A stretch of 64,000 bases of DNA from Octopus sinensis (taxonomy: Eukaryota), in NCBI RefSeq assembly GCF_006345805.1, contig NC_043010.1, positions 66,712,001 through 66,776,000 on the forward strand. The letters are read 5' to 3'. Shown one piece after another: positions 57,648-64,000 of this stretch; position 1 is the first letter of the stretch, and every line of letters starts with the position of its first letter. The notes under the pieces are model-generated. The model ran no database searches. It was not told the origin of the DNA and saw nothing but the letters and a program-made list of their open reading frames with translations. The translations under genes and the position numbers were made by a program.

Positions 57648-57747
57648 TCATTTGCGACCTTTTGACTTCAATTTTAAACCCTTTGTTGCTCCCTTCTTTG
57701 CACCATCCAACAAACCTTTGAACTTGCCCTTCACTTTAGAACGTTTT
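57648..57747 (-). CDS. RRP12: RRP12 last coding exon
   Basis: ttttgcag|A AAA CGT...AAA TGA, (R)KRSKVKGKFKGLLDGAKKGATKGLKLKSKGRK*. Matches the RRP12 C-terminus pattern KLQGQFKGLVKAARRG. Confidence 0.92.
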
Positions 57748-58648
57748 CTGCAAAAAGAGAAAAAAATAAAAGGAAACATAACAAAATGGAATAAAGAAGG
57801 TTTGATCTTCAATACACGATAACTCAATGCGTCTTCAAGCTAAATAATATAATTAACATAATATAAAAATCATGGAGACGATATCTTTTACTTTAGAAAT
57901 ATCTGATAATGTAAAATCATCACCATGTAACAGCCACTTTTTCCATACTTGCATGGGTCAGATGGAATCCACTGAGGCAGGATGCTCTTCCTGTTGCCAA
58001 CCATCACCAGTTACCAGGCAACATAATATTTGCTCATGACCAGACATATTTTCATGGAAGATTGGACACAAACAATGCCACTTGTATGACAATGATGCTC
58101 ATGTACACCCATGACATGATGTCAAGAGACATATTCGAGACAGGCTTCTTTCAGTTTCTGTGAATCTCATCTACTCAAAGCTTCGGTCGACCCAGGGCTA
58201 TAGTTGAAGATACTTGGCCAAGGTGCCACAAAGTGGAACTGAATGCAAGACCAACATGGTTGGGAAGCAAGCTTCTCAACCACACAGCAAATGTTAACTA
58301 ACAATTGTTTCCTCCATGGGTATGGAGGTTTAACCCTGCCACACAGTATTCCTGCTGTGGCAGGAATAGGTTAAACATAATCTCAGCAGGATTCCTTGTA
58401 AACTGGTAATGAACTACACACTTAGAAAAGACACAGTGTCGTGATGATGTTCATCCCGTTCTCAAAGCAGTTGGTACACTGAAGCAAAATGGTTCCAACC
58501 AGGGAGGATAATGGATTGGTAGATACATTGTGTCAGAATTAAAAAGAGTGCTTTGTTCAAGGCTTGAATAGTTTTGATGACAAGTCTGCTTAAAGAGGAA
58601 CCACCTGAATGGTGTGTGAGAGAGAAACCAACAGAATAATGATGTTCG

Positions 58649-58881
58649 AAGGCGGCGAGCTGGCAGAACCGTTAGCACGCCGGGCGAAATGCGTAGCCGT
58701 ATTTTGTCTGCCATTACGTTCTGAGTTCAAATTCCACCGAGGTCGACTTTGCCTTTCATCCCTTCGGGGTCGATAAATTAAATACCAGTTACGCACTGGG
58801 GTCGATCTAATCGACTTAATCCCCGTGTCTGTCCTTGTTTGCCCCCTCTATGTTTAGCCCCTTGTGGGCAATAAAGAAATA
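58649..58881 (+). mobile_element. SINE family B in the last RRP12 intron
   Basis: Full length; TSD AGAATAATGATGTT. Confidence 0.85.
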
Positions 58882-58913
58882 AGAATAATGATGTTGAGTA
58901 AGGGATCGTTTAC

Positions 58914-58996
58914 CTTTTATTGAGGTCTGTGTGTTTGAGTTGGATGTAAGCATATGGGTCTGGCTTGCCTTGTCGCTTCACATCGCCTCCTGCCTT
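58914..58996 (-). CDS. RRP12: RRP12 penultimate coding exon
   Basis: tttacag|AAGGCA...AAAAG|gtaaac, 83 bp, KAGGDVKRQGKPDPYAYIQLKHTDLNK(R). Matches the conserved GDVKKKGRPDPYAYIPL motif; phases chain correctly. Confidence 0.93.
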
Positions 58997-59536
58997 CTGT
59001 AAAATCAAATCATACAACCCATATAAATATAAGACCTAGAACAAATATGAATACAACAGACAAATACAAAAATCTAGGGCAATCACAACCTGAGCTTGAC
59101 TAAAAGCCTCGAAGTTGTATCGATGAAATCTTTATGAAAGTCCATGGGATATGTGTACAAGAGAGAGAGAGAGAGAAATAGATAAGTATAGATATATATA
59201 TATATATATATTTGGTGATAGCTAGCTGTTACATCAGTGCATAGGACATGATGTACCTTGTGATAGTCTTAGACATGAACCCTTGGCTACAAAGTGAACT
59301 TAGCCATTTGATAATTAGAGGTTGACACACAATGAAGTCTAACAGCTGTTACAACAGGTACAGTACAAGCAAAATAAAGTCTGTCAGTTAGATCCAGCAG
59401 CTGTTGCTATGGATATTGGTAGAAGTTCAACAAAGTCTATCAGCTGTTGCCATAGAAATGGCAGAGGTTCAATAAAACCCACCAGTTTTCTATGTTGCTG
59501 GCGATATCACACCTGATGAGGTTTTATTGTCTAACC

Positions 59537-59737
59537 CAGTGCTTTTCAAACTTTTTGCTGGAGCGGAACCCCAAGGAAACATTCCACTGGCTCGAGGAAC
59601 CCCTGTGCAATAATTTTATAGTCTTATGCACACATATTTGCACAGGAGAATTAAAAATTACTGCTGATTTTAGCAGTTTTGTAACTTCTTGCGGAACCCC
59701 TGGACTGTACTGGCGGAACACTGGTTGAAAACCACTG
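59537..59737. mobile_element. hAT-superfamily MITE
   Basis: TIR CAGTGCTTTTCAA / TTGAAAACCACTG; 8-bp TSD GTCTAACC (59529-36, 59738-45). Confidence 0.85.
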
Positions 59738-59882
59738 GTCTAACCTGTCGATGTGTAAACCTAGATTTACACTAACTACCCCCTCCTGCCACCCTCTCTG
59801 TAAATGTACACCCTGACCCCATATACTCCACTTCCTATAAATACCCAGTAATAACAACAACAGCAAATCACAGACAACCTAC

Positions 59883-59971
59883 CTTTGATTTGTATTCAGA
59901 TCCAAGATTCACGACCGGCTCTTGTCTTTTGCTGGCTGATGCCTTCGGCCGATGAATACCATGGCCACCAG
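59883..59971 (-). CDS. RRP12: RRP12 coding exon (third from last)
   Basis: Polypyrimidine tract + cag|...AAAG|gtaggt, 89 bp, (A)GGHGIHRPKASASKRQEPVVNLGSEYKSK. Matches the recalled RRP12 C-terminal AGGSGIHRP...GAEYKAK motif. Confidence 0.92.
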
Positions 59972-60149
59972 CTGGAAACATGCAAAAGAAGAAAGAGAAA
60001 TGTTAACCATTTATTACAATACAGGGGAGACACACAAGAGCAAGCAATTTGCACACTTGGTTAGTATGCAACCAAGGAAATAACAGCATTAAAAAGATGC
60101 ACAGGAGAAAGAAAGAAAGGTGAAAATTATGCTTAACTACAAACATATG

Positions 60150-60582
60150 TATGTTGGTGGTACGTAAAAAGCACCATTCAAGTGTGATTGTTACCAGCGT
60201 CGCCTTACTGGCACTTGTGCCGGTGACACGTGAAAAAACATTGAGTGAGGTCGTTGCCAGTGCTGCTGGACTGGCTCCTGTACAGGTGGCACATAAAAAA
60301 CACCATTTGAGCATGGCCGTTGCCAGTACCTCCTGACAGGCCCTTGTGCCAAATGAAAAATATTAACATTCTCATATAACTGTTAAGAACATCACCACTG
60401 TTGTATTACGCATGCGTGGAAGTGACTCTCGGAGTGGTTGGCGTTAGGAAGGGCATCCAGCTGTAGAAACTCTGCCAGATCAAGATTGGAGCCTGGTGCA
60501 GCCATCTGGTTCGCCAGCCCTCAGTCAAACCATCCAACTCATGCTAGCATGGAAAACGGACGTTAAACGATGATGATGATGA
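60150..60582 (+). mobile_element. Family C copy in RRP12 intron
   Basis: Units + core + (GAT)n tail. Confidence 0.75.
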
Positions 60583-61047
60583 TCTTAAATAGGGCAGACA
60601 AGCTTATCTTTCATGCTTATTCCCAGTTTATCTAAATCCCACCGATTATGATGCACCATTGAAAACCTAGCTGGCTACATGAGATCACATTCTACTGTGT
60701 TATATATGACACTATATTACACTCACTTCTCTGTTCCTCCATTAGCTTTAGTATTTAAGCACATCCGTAATTTCATGTTGTATGTGTTTGCCAATAACAT
60801 CAATGTAGTTAAAATGTGAAAGCTGTCAAAACATAACAACTGATATTGCTCCAGCATGGTAGCAACTACTGTCAAAGTCTACCTTGTGTTGAGCTGACTA
60901 AACTTCGCACTACACTGCTGCTCAACTCCCTTGTTGCTGCTTCAATGAATGAAGTTCCATCAGGACACAGCTGTAAACAACCATCACCCTAGGGTCACCT
61001 GTGTTGTAGGGATCAAAGCTGGAGACTGCCAATAGCATCCTCTACTG

Positions 61048-61198
61048 CAGCACTTTTTAAACTGTCGGTCCCGAGATAAATGAAATGGGTTGCGACAAAA
61101 AAGGAAAAGAAAAAAAAATGCAAGTGGGTGCAAAGTGCAGAATATAAACCAGCGTTTTTCAAACCGTGGGTCACGACAAAAAAATTTGAAAAATGCTG
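61048..61198. mobile_element. hAT-like MITE
   Basis: TIR CAGCACTTTTTAAA / TTTGAAAAATGCTG; imperfect 8-bp TSD CTCTACTG/CTCTACCT. Confidence 0.55.
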
Positions 61199-61567
61199 CT
61201 CTACCTGTCCCCATTGCCACTGGACTTAAGAGAAAGTGTGTCGGTGTCTTTGCTGAACAACCTGCATGATGAATATTATCATAACGGGCCTCGTTTGAGC
61301 AGACCCAGTCCCACTCTATTGTACTTCAAACATGTTTTGCTCTGCTGCAACAATTGCCATGAGCCTACTTGCAGTACTACACTGCACAGCAAACACACCA
61401 CAATGTAACACTTCACCACATTACCAATTTTTATCGTACTGTCTCTTCTAGTAAGCTTGCTTGCCATGCTGCACTGGGGAATCATTTCTATGGCAAACAT
61501 GACACAACACAATAAGCAATGAGTGAACGAAATGAAGAAGAAATCTTTACAATGTGTTCAGACTCAC

Positions 61568-61663
61568 CGACATATTTGGATTCACTGTGTTCGGTATCAT
61601 CTGCGCTAGGACGCTTCCGTTTCCTGCTCTGATCAGACTGGGAAGAAGAAGAATTGAAATAAT
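61568..61663 (-). CDS. RRP12: RRP12 coding exon (fourth from last)
   Basis: ag|ATTATTTC...TATGTCG|gtgagt, 96 bp, (D)YFNSSSSQSDQSRKRKRPSADDTEHSESKYV. Phase 1 end joins the next exon in frame to give YVAGGHGIHRP. Confidence 0.85.
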
Positions 61664-61819
61664 CTAACATGAAATTGGGTTCAATTGAAACCTTGTTAAA
61701 ACAACTTAATCTATTCAGTGCATTTGAAAAGAATGGACATAGTGAAAGTATTAAGACAGCAAATTTGGGAATTTCTTTGAGAGCAACAACAGATTTCTGA
61801 GTATAGTTGAGATGGTTAA

Positions 61820-62039
61820 CCCTTTAGTGTTCAGATTACTCTGTTAAATGTAATATTTTTTTACTCAAATTGTTTTTAATTAATCATGCATTATCTTATA
61901 GCTTTGGGGTTTCAATGACGTGACTGTTTATTTTTAGAATGTCAATGTAGGTTAGGTGTGAGAGCCCTGATCTGGTCAGTTTGAACATAAAATAGGTAGA
62001 AAACTTCGGCTGGACATGGCCAGTTTAAACACTAAAGGG
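61820..62039. mobile_element. piggyBac-like MITE (family P2; another copy at 3040-3260)
   Basis: TTAA-CCCTTTAGTG...CACTAAAGGG-TTAA. Confidence 0.8.
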
Positions 62040-62634
62040 TTAAAATATAGCAAAGAAAGTGGAGAAAACCCAACAAGTCCACAAAGGCATAACAAAGAGT
62101 GTGCGCTGGCCAGGGCAGCCCTTGAGTTTGCCCACCATCCACCAACAGCTTCAAAACTATACTTCACCATAAAAGCGCTACCCAGGAGAGCCTGTTCTTT
62201 CACCTAGCTACACTGTCGCATGCCTCGAGTGTCACACTGCACCCATATGGATAATCATCCTGCATGCTAGAGTGTGCCAGCATGATACTCAGCTAAGAAA
62301 GAAGTACGGCATATAACTGAAACGACAGATCTGTAGACCACTTCTGGTTGTTTAGCTGACTAACTGTGGATATCAGAACCTGACTGGAAAGGGACACAAC
62401 TACAACAACAACAAACCATCCTGCTCTTATCTTGCAACAAGCAAATATATACATGATGATGATGGCCATCCACTCGTGACCGAGGAAGACCATTGCCAAC
62501 CTTCAGGAACATTGTGCGCTCTAGGACTAACTTATATTTTGCATTTGCGGCTCCGTTGGTGGCTAATGAGCCCTGCTCTTGAATTGCAGACCAAGCTTTC
62601 CCCATTCACTATATATGTAGGTATGTACATATAT

Positions 62635-62788
62635 GAATGTATATATGCATATATTTATATTATATATATAATTTACTATATATTATGTATATATATATTA
62701 TTTACTATATATTATGTATATATATATTATGTGTATATATATATATTATTTACTATATACTATGTATATATATATATTATTTACTATA

Positions 62789-62825
<37 letters not shown>

Positions 62826-63129
62826 TACTGTATATTATGTTATATATATATATATTATTTACTGTATATTATGTATATATATATATATATATTATGTATA
62901 TATATATATATTATTTACTATATATTATGTATATATATATATATATTATTTACTATATATTATGTATATATATATATTATTTACTATATATATATATTAT
63001 TTACTGTATATTATGTATATATATATATATTATTTACTATATATATATATATATTATTTACTGTATATTATGTATATATATATATATTATTTACTATATA
63101 TATATATATATTATTTACTGTATATTATG

Positions 63130-63164
<35 letters not shown>

Positions 63165-63170
63165 CACACA
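62635..63170. repeat. AT-rich minisatellite (TATATATATTATTTACTG/TATATTATG units)
   Basis: Direct reading. Confidence 0.9.
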
Positions 63171-64000
63171 CAAGCTTCCATTCAGTTTCTGTCTACTAAA
63201 TTCCACTCAAAAGGTAATGTTCAACTCACAACACCTCCCTCAATTCCCCAAAGTACAGAACAGTGAGATGGAAACTGAAACCACATGACTGCAAAAGGAC
63301 CATCTTAACCACAAAACCATGAAGGTTAACAGACAGAATAGAACATGGATATAGTTTAGGCTCCCAACAGTTTAAGATAAAATTTTGCTGGGTTTCATAA
63401 AAATAAAGAGTAGTAACATACTGGACCCAATGGTATCAAGTCAATAAGCAAAAGCAGATACTGGGTTTTAATCCCATCAACAGGTTTGTGGTTCTTGTTT
63501 GAAACTATTTTACATTCAGACCAGCTGTACCTAGCCCAGATAACCTACTGGTTTTCTGTTCAAAGTGGCCAGATCCAGCCTCTCACACCTATTCAACAAC
63601 GTCATTCTAAAAACAAACAATCACATCATTGAAATCTCAAAGCTATGATATGGGTTTTTTGACACTACTCTGTAAGGAGCAGAGGGCCAGTTTCCTGTTT
63701 TCTCTGTGTTTATATTCCTCCCCGGGACAAGACACTGATTACTCGTTTTTTGTCAGCTGAGTGGACTGGAGCAACATGAAATGGAAGTGTTTTGCTTAAG
63801 AATACAATGTACTGCCCAAACCTGGAATTGAAACCACAATCTTATGATCGTAAGCCCAACGCCCTAACCACTCAGCTATGTGTCTCCAGAATCTACGATA
63901 TACTGTATGATTAATTCCAAAAAATGTGAATGCTAATGAGTTAATGAATTTATCTAAACTGGGCTAACGAAGATACAAAGGGTGATTAAGGCAGAAAACC

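Noticed and set aside
59510-59760. CTGATGA followed by a GGTT/AACC stem around the hAT MITE
   Set aside because: After removing the MITE there is no GAAA; cannot be distinguished from chance.
61200-61670. hAT transposase N-terminus suggested by the 60-aa ORF at 61488-61670
   Set aside because: The convincing part is an RRP12 exon with proper splice sites; the remainder is intron.
62455-62500. DDDGHPLVTEED resembling an RRP12 motif
   Set aside because: It is on the opposite strand to RRP12 and has no splice context.
62476-63288. Tyr/Ile-rich ORFs (also 34451-34879)
   Set aside because: (TA)n-derived artefacts.

Overview
AT-rich, repeat-dense animal genomic DNA. The SINE/LINE make-up and tandem single-exon C2H2 genes suggest an octopus or other coleoid cephalopod (inference). 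There are three protein-coding loci: two + strand multi-finger C2H2 zinc-finger genes (CDS 11209-13509, about 22 fingers; CDS 46125-47882, 12 fingers) and the last four coding exons of an RRP12 homologue on the - strand (61663 to 57648), which the ORF track misses because they are short and spliced. The rest is mostly mobile DNA: several tRNA-headed SINE families (labelled A, B, D, E here), RTE LINE 3' fragments with an abundant 3'UTR-derived repeat (C), CR1- and R4/Dong-like relics, a Penelope-like element, a mariner, hAT and piggyBac MITEs, a Helitron, micro/minisatellites and a 38-nt U2 snRNA fragment. The most notable signal is a set of fold-back retroelements carrying minimal type-I hammerhead ribozyme motifs: a Penelope relic with a GIY-YIG remnant (15464-16778), and a non-coding tRNA-headed element (family E) with a hammerhead, a Penelope-style inverted duplication and a 13-bp TSD (55380-55884, second copy 5030-5651). 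All calls were made by eye with no searches run. SINE family letters are local labels and repeat boundaries are approximate.
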